A DNA stretch of 64,000 nucleotides from an uncultured Thermoleophilaceae bacterium. GTDB taxonomy: Bacteria; Actinomycetota; Thermoleophilia; Solirubrobacterales; JACPNS01. Both the position numbers and the translations under genes were made by a program. Under the pieces are notes generated by a model, which was not told where the DNA came from, ran no database searches, and saw nothing but the letters and a program-made list of their open reading frames with translations. This document shows positions 45,651-56,058 of this stretch, piece by piece (position 1 is the stretch's first letter; the number at the start of each line of letters is the position of its first letter). Location: the NCBI GenBank assembly GCA_964455545.1, contig CAYVWQ010000010.1, forward strand, positions 23,749 through 87,748, in the 5' to 3' direction.

Positions 45651-46366
45651 GTGGCGACCACCGTTCCCACTCGCTCACCGTCGAGGATGCGCGAGATGTT
45701 CTGTTCGTCGTTCATGTTGAAAACATAGATCGGCAGGCGGTTGTCCATGCACAGCGACAGCGCCGTAACGTCCATCACTTTGAGCTCGCGCGCGATCGCC
45801 TCGTGGTGGCTGATCTCCTCGATCAGCTTCGCATCCGGGTTGCTGCGCGGGTCGCTGTCGAGCACGCCCTCCACGCCGTTCTTGGCCATCAGGATCGCGT
45901 CGGCGTGGATCTCGAGCGCGCGCAGGGCGGCGGCTGTGTCGGTGGTGAAGAACGGGTTTCCGGTGCCTGCGGCGAAGATCACAGCCCGCCCCTTCTCGAG
46001 GTGCCGGATCGCGCGTCGGCGGATGTACGGCTCTGCCACTTCAGCCATGGTGATGGCGCTGAGCACGCGCGTGTGGGTTCCCTGGCGTTCGAGTGCGTCC
46101 TGCAGCGCGATGCCGTTCAGTACGGTCGCGATCATTCCCATGTAGTCGGCGGTCGCTCGGTCCATGCCGGCCGCCGCGCCACTCATGCCGCGGTAGATGT
46201 TTCCGGCACCGACGACGACGGCCACCTCCACCCCGCGCTCGACGACGTCGTGAACCTGCTTGGCGACCTCGTCGATGCGTTCGGGGTCGACGCCGTAGTC
46301 CTGGTCGCCCTGAAGGGCTTCGCCCGAGAGTTTCAGGAGTATTCGCTTGAAAGCCGGCGCGCTCAT
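45647..46366 (-). CDS. pyrH: UMP kinase
   Basis: [12 protein letters not shown] and [11 protein letters not shown] motifs. Confidence 0.95.
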   Translation of the reverse strand: MSAPAFKRILLKLSGEALQGDQDYGVDPERIDEVAKQVHDVVERGVEVAVVVGAGNIYRGMSGAAAGMDRATADYMGMIATVLNGIALQDALERQGTHTRVLSAITMAEVAEPYIRRRAIRHLEKGRAVIFAAGTGNPFFTTDTAAALRALEIHADAILMAKNGVEGVLDSDPRSNPDAKLIEEISHHEAIARELKVMDVTALSLCMDNRLPIYVFNMNDEQNISRILDGERVGTVVAT

Positions 46367-46379
46367 GCCGACGCGTAGC

Positions 46380-46979
46380 TTACGCGCCGACCTGGAAACG
46401 TGCGAAGCGGCGGATCACCACGTTCTCGCCGGTCTTGGCGGCGAAAGCGGCGCGGATCTGCTCGATCGTCTGACCGTCGTGCTTCTCGGGGTTGACGTGC
46501 GGCTGCTTGAGCAGCACGACCTCCTCGAGCCATTTGTTCAGCTTGCCCTCGACGATCTTTTCGCGGATGTTCTCGGGCTTGTCGGCGGCCTGCTCGGCGA
46601 AGATCTTGCTCTCGGCGGCCTTGGCCTCCTCGGGCACCTCGTCCTCGCTGACGTACTCGGGCGCCGCGGCGGCGATGTGCAGCGCGATGTCCTTCGCAAA
46701 CGCCGCGAAGTCCTCGTTGCGTGCGACGAAGTCGGTCTCGCAGTTGACCTCGACCATCACGCCGATCTTGCCGTTGGCGTGGATGTATTCGGCGATCAGA
46801 CCCTCGGAGGCCTCACGGTCGCCGCGTTTGGCGGCCGAGGCCGCTCCCTTCACGCGCAGCGCCTCGATCGCCTTGTCGACGTCGCCGCCGGCCTCGACGA
46901 GTGCCTTCTTGCAGTCCATCATCGCGGCGCCGGTCTGGTCGCGCAGCGCCTTCACGTCTGCAGCAGTGATCTCTGCCAT
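46380..46979 (-). CDS. tsf: elongation factor Ts (short form)
   Basis: [27 protein letters not shown]-like N-terminus, 199 aa. Confidence 0.9.
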   Translation of the reverse strand: MAEITAADVKALRDQTGAAMMDCKKALVEAGGDVDKAIEALRVKGAASAAKRGDREASEGLIAEYIHANGKIGVMVEVNCETDFVARNEDFAAFAKDIALHIAAAAPEYVSEDEVPEEAKAAESKIFAEQAADKPENIREKIVEGKLNKWLEEVVLLKQPHVNPEKHDGQTIEQIRAAFAAKTGENVVIRRFARFQVGA

Positions 46980-46984
46980 GGGGT

Positions 46985-48010
46985 TCAGCTCTCCTCACCC
47001 TTCGGGGTCTCTTCAGTCTTCTCTGCCGGCGCCTCAGCGGCTGCCTCAGGCGCGGCCTCGGCCGCAGGCGCCTCCTCGCGGCGCGGGCCACGTCCGCGTC
47101 CTCCGCGGCCACCGCGCGGCGGCAGTTCCGGGTCTTCCTTCGGGGCTTCGCCCTGCCAGGTCGCCTCGGGGGCCTCTTCGGGCACTTCCTCGCCGGCGGC
47201 CTTCGCGGCCTCGCGGCGAGCTTTCTCCTCGGCTTCCTTGGCGGCGCGCGCCTCTTCCTCCTGCTTGCGGCGCTCGGCCTCGGCGGCCTTCTGCGCCTCG
47301 AACTCGGTGCGCCACTCGCCGTGACGGTCGGCGATCACGGCGCCGAGGGCGCCGAGCACGACCTTGCAGGAGCGGATCGCGTCGTCATTGCCCGGGATCA
47401 CGTAATCGATCGGGTCGGGGTCGCAGTTGGTGTCGACGAGCGCCACGACCGGAATTCGCAGGCGGTTGGCCTCCTTGACGGCGATCTCCTCGGCATTGAC
47501 GTCGATCACGACGATCGCGTCGGGAATGCGCGTCATGTCTTTTACGCCACCGAGGTTGGCGTTGAGCTTCTCGAGCTCCTTGAAGGCCTTGATCCGCTCC
47601 TTCGTCGGAAGCAGCTGGAGCTTGCCCTCCTTCTTGAGGTCCTCGAGCTGGTGCAGGCGCTTGATGCGCTTGTTGATCGTCTCGAAGTTGGTCAGCACTC
47701 CGCCGAGCCAGCGGTGGTTGACGTAGGGCATGTTCGCGGCGCCGGCAACCTCGGCGATCGAGTCGCGCGCCTGCTTCTTTGTGCCGACAAACAGCACGGT
47801 GCCGCCCTTGCGGGCGATCTGGCCGAGGAACGTGCTGGCGTCGGTCAGCAGCTGCTCGGTCTGGACAAGGTCGATGACGTAGATGCCGCCGGCCTCGCCG
47901 TGGATGTAGCGGCGCATCTTCGGGTTCCAGCGGCGCGTCTGGTGGCCGTAGTGGACGCCTGCCTGAAGCAGGTCTTTGAGATCAGGGGTAACTGCGGCTG
48001 GAGTAGCCAA
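46985..48010 (-). CDS. rpsB: 30S ribosomal protein S2 with Glu/Ala/Lys/Arg-rich C-terminal extension
   Basis: LLQAGVHYGHQTRRWNPKM signature. TTG start with an AAGGAG RBS 9 nt upstream. Confidence 0.95.
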   Translation of the reverse strand: MATPAAVTPDLKDLLQAGVHYGHQTRRWNPKMRRYIHGEAGGIYVIDLVQTEQLLTDASTFLGQIARKGGTVLFVGTKKQARDSIAEVAGAANMPYVNHRWLGGVLTNFETINKRIKRLHQLEDLKKEGKLQLLPTKERIKAFKELEKLNANLGGVKDMTRIPDAIVVIDVNAEEIAVKEANRLRIPVVALVDTNCDPDPIDYVIPGNDDAIRSCKVVLGALGAVIADRHGEWRTEFEAQKAAEAERRKQEEEARAAKEAEEKARREAAKAAGEEVPEEAPEATWQGEAPKEDPELPPRGGRGGRGRGPRREEAPAAEAAPEAAAEAPAEKTEETPKGEES

Positions 48011-48184
48011 TGTGAAAAGCTCCTTGAGTTCTTGCTTGAAAGTGTCCGTACCGCGCGGATCACGCAGCTGTGCTGCGCAGGAGACTCCGCACTGCCGAGC
48101 GCTTATCGCTCTCGAACCAGGACTCCAGTTGCTTTTGGGGCCCCGTTCGACGGGCAGCGGGCACGGGTTGATTGAGAGGGAATC

Positions 48185-49096
48185 TTAGCCCGTCTGCCGG
48201 GCTTTCCCGAGCGCCGACGCGAGATCGGCGGGCAGTTGCGACGCGAACACCATCAGTTCGCCGGTCGCGGGATGGTGAAAGCTGAGCTCGCTGGCGTGCA
48301 GAAACTGCCGTTCGAGCCCGAGATCCCCCTCCGGGCCGTACTGAGGGTCACCGCACACCGGCAGTCCGATTGCGGCGAGATGCACGCGAATCTGATGCGT
48401 CCTGCCGGTCTCGAGCCGCACATGGAGCAGCGCTCGAGGGCCGAGCTGTTCAACGACCTCGAAATGCGTGATCGCTGGGCGCTCCGAGTCGTTCCGGACC
48501 GCGATCAGCTCGGGGTTGCGGCGATCTCGGCCGAGCGGCGCGTCGATCGTTCCGCCGGCGGAGTCGGGAACGCCGCGCACCAGCGCTGTGTACTGCCGGT
48601 GGACTTCGCGCTTTTGAAGCGCCTGTTGAAGGGCGCGCAGCGTTGCATCGTCTCGGGCGACGACGAGCAGACCCGAGGTTTCCTTGTCAAGGCGGTGAAC
48701 GATTCCGGGCCGCTCGGCATCGCCGCCGCCCGCCTTGCCGGCCAGCGCCTGCGAGAGGGTTCCAGTGCGATTGCCGGGGGCCGGATGCACGACCAGGCCG
48801 GCGGGTTTGTCGACCACGAGCAGGTGCGCATCCTCAAACACGATCTCGAACGGGATCGCCGGGACCTGCGGGTCGCCCGAGAACTCGCCGACGGCTTCGC
48901 GGACGACGATCACCTGGCCGGCTTCGACCTTGGTGCTCTTTCGGGCGCGGGCGCCATCGAGTTCGACGTGGCCGTCCTCGATCAGTTTCGCGGCGCGCGC
49001 ACGTGAGCCGACTTCCTCGATCGTCGCAACCACCGCATCTAGTCGGCGGCCGGCCGAGGACGCGTCGACCACGAGTTCGATGTCAGGGCTGCTCAT
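48185..49096 (-). CDS. rluD: RluA-family 23S rRNA pseudouridine synthase (RluD-like)
   Basis: S4-like N-terminus. HRLDKETSGLLVVA catalytic motif. Confidence 0.85.
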   Translation of the reverse strand: MSSPDIELVVDASSAGRRLDAVVATIEEVGSRARAAKLIEDGHVELDGARARKSTKVEAGQVIVVREAVGEFSGDPQVPAIPFEIVFEDAHLLVVDKPAGLVVHPAPGNRTGTLSQALAGKAGGGDAERPGIVHRLDKETSGLLVVARDDATLRALQQALQKREVHRQYTALVRGVPDSAGGTIDAPLGRDRRNPELIAVRNDSERPAITHFEVVEQLGPRALLHVRLETGRTHQIRVHLAAIGLPVCGDPQYGPEGDLGLERQFLHASELSFHHPATGELMVFASQLPADLASALGKARQTG

Positions 49097-49568
49097 CCTG
49101 TGGCCCCTCGGGGGTCTCGTCGCCTTTGCCGACCTGATCCACCGCCAGCACCAGCACGACCACCCCGACGGTGATCGCGATGTCGGCCACGTTGAACGAC
49201 GGGAAATGCGGGAACTCGATGAAGTCGCGTACGTAGCCGAGCGTTATCCGGTCGATCGCGTTGCCGATCGCCCCTCCGAGCAGCAGCCCGGTCGCAAGCC
49301 AGAGGCCGGAACGGTCCCGGTTACGCAGATAGAAGCCGAGCAGCACCGCCAGCGCGATCGCCATCAGCGTGAACACGATGGCGGGCCGGCCAGCGAATAC
49401 ACCGAAGGCGATCCCGTCATTACGCGTCTGCCCGAAGCTGAGAAACGGAAGCACCTCGACGCTCTCGCCCGGCGAGAGCTTGTGGAACGCCAACCACTTG
49501 GTCGCCTGGTCGGCGGCGACCACCAGCACGGCCGTGATCAGCGCCCGGTCAGGCCGCCAACGCACCAC
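49083..49568 (-). CDS. lspA: lipoprotein signal peptidase II
   Basis: 161 aa, 4 TM. NDGIAFG and IGNAIDR / FNVADIAI motifs. Confidence 0.85.
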   Translation of the reverse strand: MVRWRPDRALITAVLVVAADQATKWLAFHKLSPGESVEVLPFLSFGQTRNDGIAFGVFAGRPAIVFTLMAIALAVLLGFYLRNRDRSGLWLATGLLLGGAIGNAIDRITLGYVRDFIEFPHFPSFNVADIAITVGVVVLVLAVDQVGKGDETPEGPQDEQP

Positions 49569-49836
49569 GAACCTCCGCCGCGCTCATGCCGCTCACGTGC
49601 ACACGCTTCTGGCGCGCGGTATGACCAGAAACGACGGTCACCCTGCTTGTCCCCACGCCCAGCGCGTCAGCGAGCAGCCGCTCGGCAGCCTTGTTCGCCC
49701 GCCCGGATTCTGGGGCGGCCGTGACGCGCACGTCGAGCCTCCCGGCCCGCTCGCCGCCAAGCCGGTCGTGCGAAGCGCGCGGCGTCACCTTCACCGCCAG
49801 GTCGCAACCGTCTCCTTTGTCCGTGAGCCAGGTCAC
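49549..49836 (-). CDS. DUF167 (YggU-like) protein
   Basis: Only the C-terminal 96 codons of the 210-aa track ORF look real: VTWLTDKGDGCDLAVKVTPRASHDRL...GRANKAAERLLADALGV. GTG start at 49836 chosen by hand. Confidence 0.6.
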   Translation of the reverse strand: MTWLTDKGDGCDLAVKVTPRASHDRLGGERAGRLDVRVTAAPESGRANKAAERLLADALGVGTSRVTVVSGHTARQKRVHVSGMSAAEVRGALAA

Positions 49837-49850
49837 GAGAGCAAAAGACC

Positions 49851-50150
49851 TCAGCCGTGAACGATGCTGACGACGATTCCGCCGACGATCTGGAGGACCA
49901 ACACGGCGACGATCACGCTGATGTCGATCAGCACCCCGCCGGTGTTGATCGGCGGTATAACGCGCCTGAAGAGCGCCAGATACGGCTCCGTCACGTCCTC
50001 GATGAAGCCGACGATCGGGCGCAGCACGGGGTTGTCCGGAAGGCTCGGCACCCAGGTGAGAAGGATGCGAATCAGGATCAGGATCGTGTAGATCCAGAGC
50101 AGCGCGCTGAGATACGCGGCGATGTCGACTCGGGTGATGGCGAGGGTCAT
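49851..50150 (-). CDS. YggT-family membrane protein
   Basis: 99 aa. ILIRILLTWVP ... YLALFRRVIPP pattern. Confidence 0.8.
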   Translation of the reverse strand: MTLAITRVDIAAYLSALLWIYTILILIRILLTWVPSLPDNPVLRPIVGFIEDVTEPYLALFRRVIPPINTGGVLIDISVIVAVLVLQIVGGIVVSIVHG

Positions 50151-50881
50151 TCGCCGAGGACGGTAGCGACAGCCCGGTCAACCGTCGCCCCCAACCCGGA
50201 AGCAGCGAAGCTCTCGAGCGCCTTCTCGGTCAGACCACCGGGCGATGCGACGGCGTCCATCGTCGCCTGAGTGTCGACGCCGTTCACCCGCAACAGCGCG
50301 CCCGTGCCGGCCAGCGTCTCTGCAACGACGATCTTGGCCTGTTCGTGATCCAGCCCACGCGCCGTTGCGGCCGCGATCAGCTCTTTGGCGAACAGGGCGA
50401 AGAACGCCGGTGCACACCCGCCAACCGCGGTCACGGCCTCGAAATCGGCCTCAGGCGTGGTTACGACGGTTCCGAGGCGCCCCAACAGGCGCTCGACTTC
50501 GCTTGAGGGGTCGCTCTCCGCCGCTATTGCCGTGACGCCGGCGTGCAGCTCCACGGGCGTGTTCGGCATGATTCGAACGACCGTCGCCTCCTGGTACGCC
50601 GATCGCAGCTGGTCGAGCGTCGTGGCAGCCAACACCGACACGACGGTGCCGGTGTAGCCCCCGATCTCGCCGGCAACCTCACCGAGTTGCTTCGGTTTGT
50701 GGCAGAGGAAAAGGACGTCCGCACCCGCTGCGACCTCGGCGATCGAACCGGCGGTGCCGTTCACCTCGCGCGCAAGCGCCTGTGCACGCCCGGAACCGCT
50801 GTCGCAGAACGACGCCGGCTGACCGATTCCCACGGCTATCGCGCGGGCCATGTTCCCGCTGCCGATGAAGCCGAGAGTCAT
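50147..50881 (-). CDS. proC: pyrroline-5-carboxylate reductase
   Basis: LGFIGSGNMARAI Rossmann start and a C-terminal SPGGLTEKAL motif. Confidence 0.85.
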   Translation of the reverse strand: MTLGFIGSGNMARAIAVGIGQPASFCDSGSGRAQALAREVNGTAGSIAEVAAGADVLFLCHKPKQLGEVAGEIGGYTGTVVSVLAATTLDQLRSAYQEATVVRIMPNTPVELHAGVTAIAAESDPSSEVERLLGRLGTVVTTPEADFEAVTAVGGCAPAFFALFAKELIAAATARGLDHEQAKIVVAETLAGTGALLRVNGVDTQATMDAVASPGGLTEKALESFAASGLGATVDRAVATVLGE

Positions 50882-50885
50882 GGCC

Positions 50886-51410
50886 TCAGGCCTGGTTGAA
50901 GAAGCCGCGCTCCATCAGGCGCGCACGCTCCTCGGCGGAGAAATGCACGTTGCGCGGCGTGAGCAGGAAGGTCTTGTCGGCGATTCGCTGCATGCCGCCG
51001 TCGAGCGCGTAGGTCAGTCCGCTCGCGAAATCGATCAGGCGCTTGGCCATGTCGGTGTCGGTCTCCTGCAGGTTGAGGATGACCGGGACCTGATTCTTGA
51101 ACTTGTCCGCGATCTGCTGGGCTTCATTGAAGCTCTGCGGCGCAGAGAAGTGCATCTGTCCGCTGTTTTTTGGCGAAACCGACTTCAGCGTGCGCGTAGG
51201 CGTGTCGCCGACGTCCTCGGCGAAGATGTCGTCGAAGTCGTCGCGCTTGCGGCGGGAGCTGATACGGCGGACGTTCGGCCGCTCGTCGTAGGACTGCTGG
51301 AGCTCCTGCTCGGGCTCGTAGAAGTCGTCCTCCTCGTCGTAGTAGTCGTGGTTCGACTCGGCAAGACCGAAGTAGACGAGCGCTTTGTGCCAGTTGTCTT
51401 TAACAGCCAT
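50886..51410 (-). CDS. sepF: cell division protein SepF
   Basis: N-terminal WHKALVYFGL membrane-binding helix. C-terminal PVILNLQETD...RLIDFASG domain. Confidence 0.85.
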   Translation of the reverse strand: MAVKDNWHKALVYFGLAESNHDYYDEEDDFYEPEQELQQSYDERPNVRRISSRRKRDDFDDIFAEDVGDTPTRTLKSVSPKNSGQMHFSAPQSFNEAQQIADKFKNQVPVILNLQETDTDMAKRLIDFASGLTYALDGGMQRIADKTFLLTPRNVHFSAEERARLMERGFFNQA

Positions 51411-51455
51411 TTGCAGCGGTGTTCGCGAGGGGTTCGCGATCTCCTGCCGGCCAGT

Positions 51456-52121
51456 CTATTGAGGATCGCGGTCAAACAGCACGGACCCGACACGGATCAG
51501 CGTGGCGCCCTCTTCGACTGCGACCACATAGTCCTGACTCGTGCCCATCGATAGCTCCGTGAGGCCGCGCTCTGCGGCGAGCTCCGCGAGGCGGCGAAAA
51601 TGCGGCCGAGCCGCCTCGGGGTCGACCGTCGCCGGCGGCATCGTCATCAAGCCCGCGACCGGCACGGGCGAACCGGCGATGAACTCGTCCAGGTCCGTCG
51701 GCGCAACCCCCTGTTTTGACTCTTCCCCCGAGACGTTCACCTGCACCAGAACGCGTGGCGGATCGTCAACACCGGCCAGCTTGTCGCGCGCCGACTCGCT
51801 GGCAAGCGAATGGATCATCGACACGCGCGATGCGATCTCCGGGATCTTGCGGGACTGGATCGCTCCGATGAAATGCCAGTCGAAGGCGTCGGCGAAGCGC
51901 TCCTGCTTGGCGACCATGTCCTGCAGGCGGTTCTCCGCCGCAACCCGTACGCCGGCCTCGCGGAGAATTTCAAGGCCCGCTTCGTCGACGTACTTGGTCG
52001 CGACGCAGACCGTCACCGAGGAGCGGTCGCGTCCGGCTCGATCACAGGCAGCGGAAACTTCACTCTCGACACGCTCGAGGTTGGCGCGCACGGTCGCCAG
52101 ATCGGCGCTCAGACCAGCCAC
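51456..52121 (-). CDS. YggS-family pyridoxal-phosphate homeostasis protein
   Basis: CVATKYV (PLP Lys), AENRLQD, WHFIGAIQSRK. Confidence 0.85.
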   Translation of the reverse strand: MAGLSADLATVRANLERVESEVSAACDRAGRDRSSVTVCVATKYVDEAGLEILREAGVRVAAENRLQDMVAKQERFADAFDWHFIGAIQSRKIPEIASRVSMIHSLASESARDKLAGVDDPPRVLVQVNVSGEESKQGVAPTDLDEFIAGSPVPVAGLMTMPPATVDPEAARPHFRRLAELAAERGLTELSMGTSQDYVVAVEEGATLIRVGSVLFDRDPQ

Positions 52122-52789
52122 GCGACACCCGCCTGCCGTCCGGTCACGCCGCCGTCCCGGCGATGCGAGAAAAAGACATCCGGTTCGCAGAACGTGCAGC
52201 GCTCGACCACGTGGACCGAGCCCGCGCCGCAGCGCTCGAGCCGTGCGCGGATCACGCCGGTGAGATCGAGTTGTCGGCCGCTGCTGTGCAGCTCGCCGTC
52301 GCGCCCCATAGCCTCGATCACCTCGGGGCCGACCTCGAAGTGGTCCCGGCAGATCCCAGGACCGATCACCGCTTCAAACCCGTCCTTGAACAGTTCGCCC
52401 CCGGCCTCGACGATCCCGTCGGCGACCGGGCGCCAGCCGCAGTGGATCGCGGCGAGGCGCTCGCCGTCGCTCAGGAAGACAGTGGGGCAGTCGGCGCCGG
52501 TGATCAAGATCGGGATCTCGCGCTCGCTGGTGTATCCGCCGTCGGCGATCGGAGTCTCCGCGAGCGAGTGAGCCCCGAACTCGTGCAGTTCCGCCCCGTG
52601 GACCTGGCGCAGCAATTGCATGCCGGTCAAGCCGAATCCCTCCGCGAGCCGGCTGATGTTCTCACGGACGGTTTGCGTGTCGTCGTCGGTGAAAATCCCG
52701 AGGTTCCGCGACGCGTACGGACCCGCGCTCTGCCCCCCGGTCCGCGTCGTGAACACGGCCCGCGCACCGGTCAGGGGTGCCTCGATCAC
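52109..52789 (-). CDS. pgeF: YfiH/PgeF-family (laccase-domain) peptidoglycan editing factor
   Basis: VFTTRTGG, ITGADCPTVFL and AAIHCGWRP motifs. Confidence 0.8.
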   Translation of the reverse strand: MIEAPLTGARAVFTTRTGGQSAGPYASRNLGIFTDDDTQTVRENISRLAEGFGLTGMQLLRQVHGAELHEFGAHSLAETPIADGGYTSEREIPILITGADCPTVFLSDGERLAAIHCGWRPVADGIVEAGGELFKDGFEAVIGPGICRDHFEVGPEVIEAMGRDGELHSSGRQLDLTGVIRARLERCGAGSVHVVERCTFCEPDVFFSHRRDGGVTGRQAGVAWLV

Positions 52790-53868
52790 GAGCCCACCGT
52801 GGCGCGGAGCGCCTCACGCACGCGCTCGGCCGAATCGGCCGATGCACCGGGCAGGGCGAATGCGAATCCGATCGTCTCCGGCGCCAGGTCGCGGACTTCG
52901 GCGCTGACTGCGCCGTCGTCGGAAGACGCGACGCGCGCGAGCAGGCCAGGCCCTTCGGCCACGGCCTCTCGCACGATCTTTGAATCCGCTTTCGCCAGAC
53001 CGAGGTGCGTCGTCCATTCCTTGAGCGTGTCCGCGTCCATCCCACGTGAGCACAGCGCCAGCAGCATCAGTTCCTGGCGTGCAGCAGCAGGCGGGTCGAG
53101 CAACGCCCGCGAGACGACGTACTCATCGGCATCAAACTTCGGATGCAGCGCGCGGTCGAGGCCCAGCGCGTACATCGACTCAACCGAGACGACGGCGGCC
53201 CGCTCGCCGAGCAGGTCGAGCAGCTCGTCCCGGATCCGCGCCCCGCTGACCGTGGACGGCGCGCCGGACTCGACGGCTGCACGCGCCAGGTCCTCCGTGT
53301 GAGGTTCGGCGGTGAAACCCAGACGTGCGCCGTAGCGCAGCAAGCGCAGCAAACGCGTCGGGTCGTCGATGAAGCTCTCGTCGTGCGTCACACGCAGGAC
53401 GCGCGCCATCAGGTCTGCGTCTGCGTCGTCGAACTGATGCAGTTCGCCGAAACGGTCGCTCCAGAGGCTCAGTGCCATCGCATTTATCGAGAAGTCGCGG
53501 CGGATGAGGTCGTGTTCGAGGTCCGATTTCGTCACCTCGGGTAGCGCGCCGGGAGCCGGGTAGCGCTCGGTGCGCGCCGTCGCGATGTCGACCGAGAGAC
53601 CGCCCCCGGCCGGCGTGAACGTCGCGGTCAAGAAGCGGTCGTGACGCTTGACCTCGCCGCCGATGCGTTCGGCCAGCAACTCGGCCAGTGCACCGGCGTC
53701 GGATTCTGTCATCAGGTCGAAATCGAACTGGGCGAAGCCGAGCATGAGGTCTCGCACGGCGCCTCCGACCAGGTAGGTCCCTGGTTGATCGGCGACCGCT
53801 TCCAGCAGCTGCGCGACGCCGGGGATGTTTCTCAGCGCTTCGGTCTTTGCTTCCGGCAGATAGGGCAT
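52786..53868 (-). CDS. class II tRNA nucleotidyltransferase / poly(A) polymerase family protein (short, no HD domain)
   Basis: Trimmed to MPYLPEAKTE (cat at 53866-68). GGAVRDLMLG...DFDL, RRDFSINAM and FIDDPTRLLR motifs. Confidence 0.7.
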   Translation of the reverse strand: MPYLPEAKTEALRNIPGVAQLLEAVADQPGTYLVGGAVRDLMLGFAQFDFDLMTESDAGALAELLAERIGGEVKRHDRFLTATFTPAGGGLSVDIATARTERYPAPGALPEVTKSDLEHDLIRRDFSINAMALSLWSDRFGELHQFDDADADLMARVLRVTHDESFIDDPTRLLRLLRYGARLGFTAEPHTEDLARAAVESGAPSTVSGARIRDELLDLLGERAAVVSVESMYALGLDRALHPKFDADEYVVSRALLDPPAAARQELMLLALCSRGMDADTLKEWTTHLGLAKADSKIVREAVAEGPGLLARVASSDDGAVSAEVRDLAPETIGFAFALPGASADSAERVREALRATVGS

Positions 53869-53945
53869 GACGCGAACATAGCGTTGCCGAAAACTCCGCA
53901 CCGCGTCCCGGCAGGTGTGCCCGAGGCTGCGCCTATCGTGCCCCT

Positions 53946-55271
53946 GTGCCCAAGAAACGCATCGACGGACTGGTCCGCCTGGCCTCATTGATCTTCGCTG
54001 TCGGCGCGCTGGCGCTGATCGCTTACCTCTGGATCGCGGGCAAGAACTCCGACGTCACCAACTCCGATGTGGAGTTCAACGCCCCTCAGAAGCAGAGCGG
54101 GATCAAGATCCGCCCCGAAACCTTCGTCTGGCCGATCTACGGGCGCAAGTCGGTGCGCACGCGCGACCTCGTCGCCGACGTCAAGCCGCCGTTTCGCCCA
54201 CTCTGGCGCTTCAACGCCAACCAACTGTTGGAATTTTCCCCGATCCTGGTGCGCGGCACGCTCTACGTCGTCCGCAAGGACGCTCGCGTGTACGCGATCG
54301 ACGCAAAGACCGGCAAGCAACGCTGGACCCACAAAGTCGGCAGTCTCTCGGCCGCGTCCCCGGCGTACGACGACGGCAGAATCTTCGTCGTGACGCTGAG
54401 CGGACGAATCGTGGCCATGGACGCCGAAACCGGCAACATAAAGTGGGCGAAGAAGCTCGGATCGCGATCCGAATCATCCCCGATGATCCTCGGCGACAGC
54501 GTGATTTTCGGATCCGAGAGCGGCAAGCTTTACCGCCTGCGCCAGAAAGACGGGCGCACCGAGTGGACCTACGACGCGGGCGGGGCGATCAAGGGAGGCG
54601 CCGCGTACGCGAACGGCAAGGTCTATGTCGGCGCATACGGTGGAAGCGTGCACGCCGTGCGCGCGTCCAACGGACGCCGCGTCTGGCGCGCGACCACCAG
54701 CGGTGCCCGCTTCGGGTTCGGCTCCGGCAACTTCTATGCCACCCCCGCCGTCGCGTACGGGCGCGTCTACATCGGCAATACCGACGGCAAGATGTACTCG
54801 TTCTCGACCAAGAACGGCCGCCTCGGCTGGTCGCGCGGCACCGGCTCCTACGTCTACGGCGCCGTCGCCGTGGACAACGTCGAAAACCTCGGACCGACGG
54901 TGTTCTTCGGTTCCTACAGCGGCAAGTTCTACGCGCTCAATGCCGCGAACGGAAACACGCGCTGGGTCTATGACTCTGGCGGCGAGATCTCCGGCGCTCC
55001 CACCGTCGTCGGCAAGGTCGTCTACTTCTCGACGATCGACACGACGAACACGTACGGCCTGAGCACGACCAACGGTCATCGACGGATGTATCGCGGGAGC
55101 GGTGCATACAACCCCGTGATCTCAGACGGGAACCGGATCTACTGGACGGGCTACGAGTCGATCTCGGCGCTCGTCGAGCGCAAGGACTACGCCCGCGAGG
55201 CTCGCGAACGACGAGCGGCGCTACGCAAAGAGGAGCGCGAAAAACGCGAGGCGAAGCGGAAGAGCCGCTAG
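53946..55271 (+). CDS. membrane-anchored PQQ-like beta-propeller repeat protein (BamB-like fold)
   Basis: N-terminal TM. Repeated G-x-[VL]-Y-[AV]-[ILV]-[DN]-x-x-[TN]-G-x-x-x-W units ([78 protein letters not shown]). Confidence 0.8.
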   Translation: MPKKRIDGLVRLASLIFAVGALALIAYLWIAGKNSDVTNSDVEFNAPQKQSGIKIRPETFVWPIYGRKSVRTRDLVADVKPPFRPLWRFNANQLLEFSPILVRGTLYVVRKDARVYAIDAKTGKQRWTHKVGSLSAASPAYDDGRIFVVTLSGRIVAMDAETGNIKWAKKLGSRSESSPMILGDSVIFGSESGKLYRLRQKDGRTEWTYDAGGAIKGGAAYANGKVYVGAYGGSVHAVRASNGRRVWRATTSGARFGFGSGNFYATPAVAYGRVYIGNTDGKMYSFSTKNGRLGWSRGTGSYVYGAVAVDNVENLGPTVFFGSYSGKFYALNAANGNTRWVYDSGGEISGAPTVVGKVVYFSTIDTTNTYGLSTTNGHRRMYRGSGAYNPVISDGNRIYWTGYESISALVERKDYAREARERRAALRKEEREKREAKRKSR

Positions 55272-56056
55272 GCCGGTTCGACCATGCGCACGCTGATGCC
55301 GGCGTCCTGCATCGCGTGTTTCGCCTCGGCCACCGAGTACTCGCCGAAATGGAACAGCGACGCCACCAGCACCGCATCGGCGTTGCCCTCGGCAACTCCG
55401 GCGACCATGTGGCCCAGCGTGCCCGCGCCGCCGGAGGCGATCACCGGCACAGACACGGCCTCGGCGACGGCGCGCGTCAGTTCAAGGTCGTAGCCGTCTT
55501 TGGTCCCGTCCCGGTCCATGCTTGTGAGCAGGATCTCCCCCGCCCCGCGCTCGACGGCCTCGACCGCCCAGGCGACCGCGTCAAGTCCGGTCGGATTGCG
55601 GCCTCCGGCCGTGAAGACCTCCCATCCGGAGCGCCCGTGGATCGACTCCTCGGTGCGCTTCGCGTCGATCGCAAGCACCACGCACTGGCTGCCGAACACT
55701 TCGGCCATTTCGCCGATCAGGCCCGGGCGTTTGACCGCGGCCGAGTTGATGGCGACCTTGTCCGCGCCGGCATCGAGCACTGCCTGGGCGTCCTCGACCG
55801 AGCGGATTCCGCCGCCGATCGTGAACGGGATAAAGACGTTGTCGGCAGCGCGCCGCGCCAACTCGACGATCGTCTCGCGGTCGTCCGAGGTGGCGGTGAT
55901 GTCGAGAAACACCACCTCGTCGGCACCTTCGGAGTCGTAGCGCTCCGCCAACTCGACGGGATCGCCGGCGTCGCGAAGATCGACGAAGTTGGTGCCCTTG
56001 ACGACGCGACCGTTGTCGACGTCGAGACAGGGGATTATGCGCTTGAGCGGCGGCAT
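55268..56056 (-). CDS. hisF: imidazole glycerol phosphate synthase, cyclase subunit
   Basis: [16 protein letters not shown]-like (DEVVFLDI), and [11 protein letters not shown]. Confidence 0.95.
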   Translation of the reverse strand: MPPLKRIIPCLDVDNGRVVKGTNFVDLRDAGDPVELAERYDSEGADEVVFLDITATSDDRETIVELARRAADNVFIPFTIGGGIRSVEDAQAVLDAGADKVAINSAAVKRPGLIGEMAEVFGSQCVVLAIDAKRTEESIHGRSGWEVFTAGGRNPTGLDAVAWAVEAVERGAGEILLTSMDRDGTKDGYDLELTRAVAEAVSVPVIASGGAGTLGHMVAGVAEGNADAVLVASLFHFGEYSVAEAKHAMQDAGISVRMVEPA

Positions 56057-56058
56057 GA

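Noticed and set aside
49549-50181. 210-aa ORF spanning the DUF167 and yggT region.
   Set aside because: Only the C-terminal 96 codons match DUF167/YggU. The upstream part overlaps the well-supported yggT gene in another frame and is Arg/His/Pro-rich noise.
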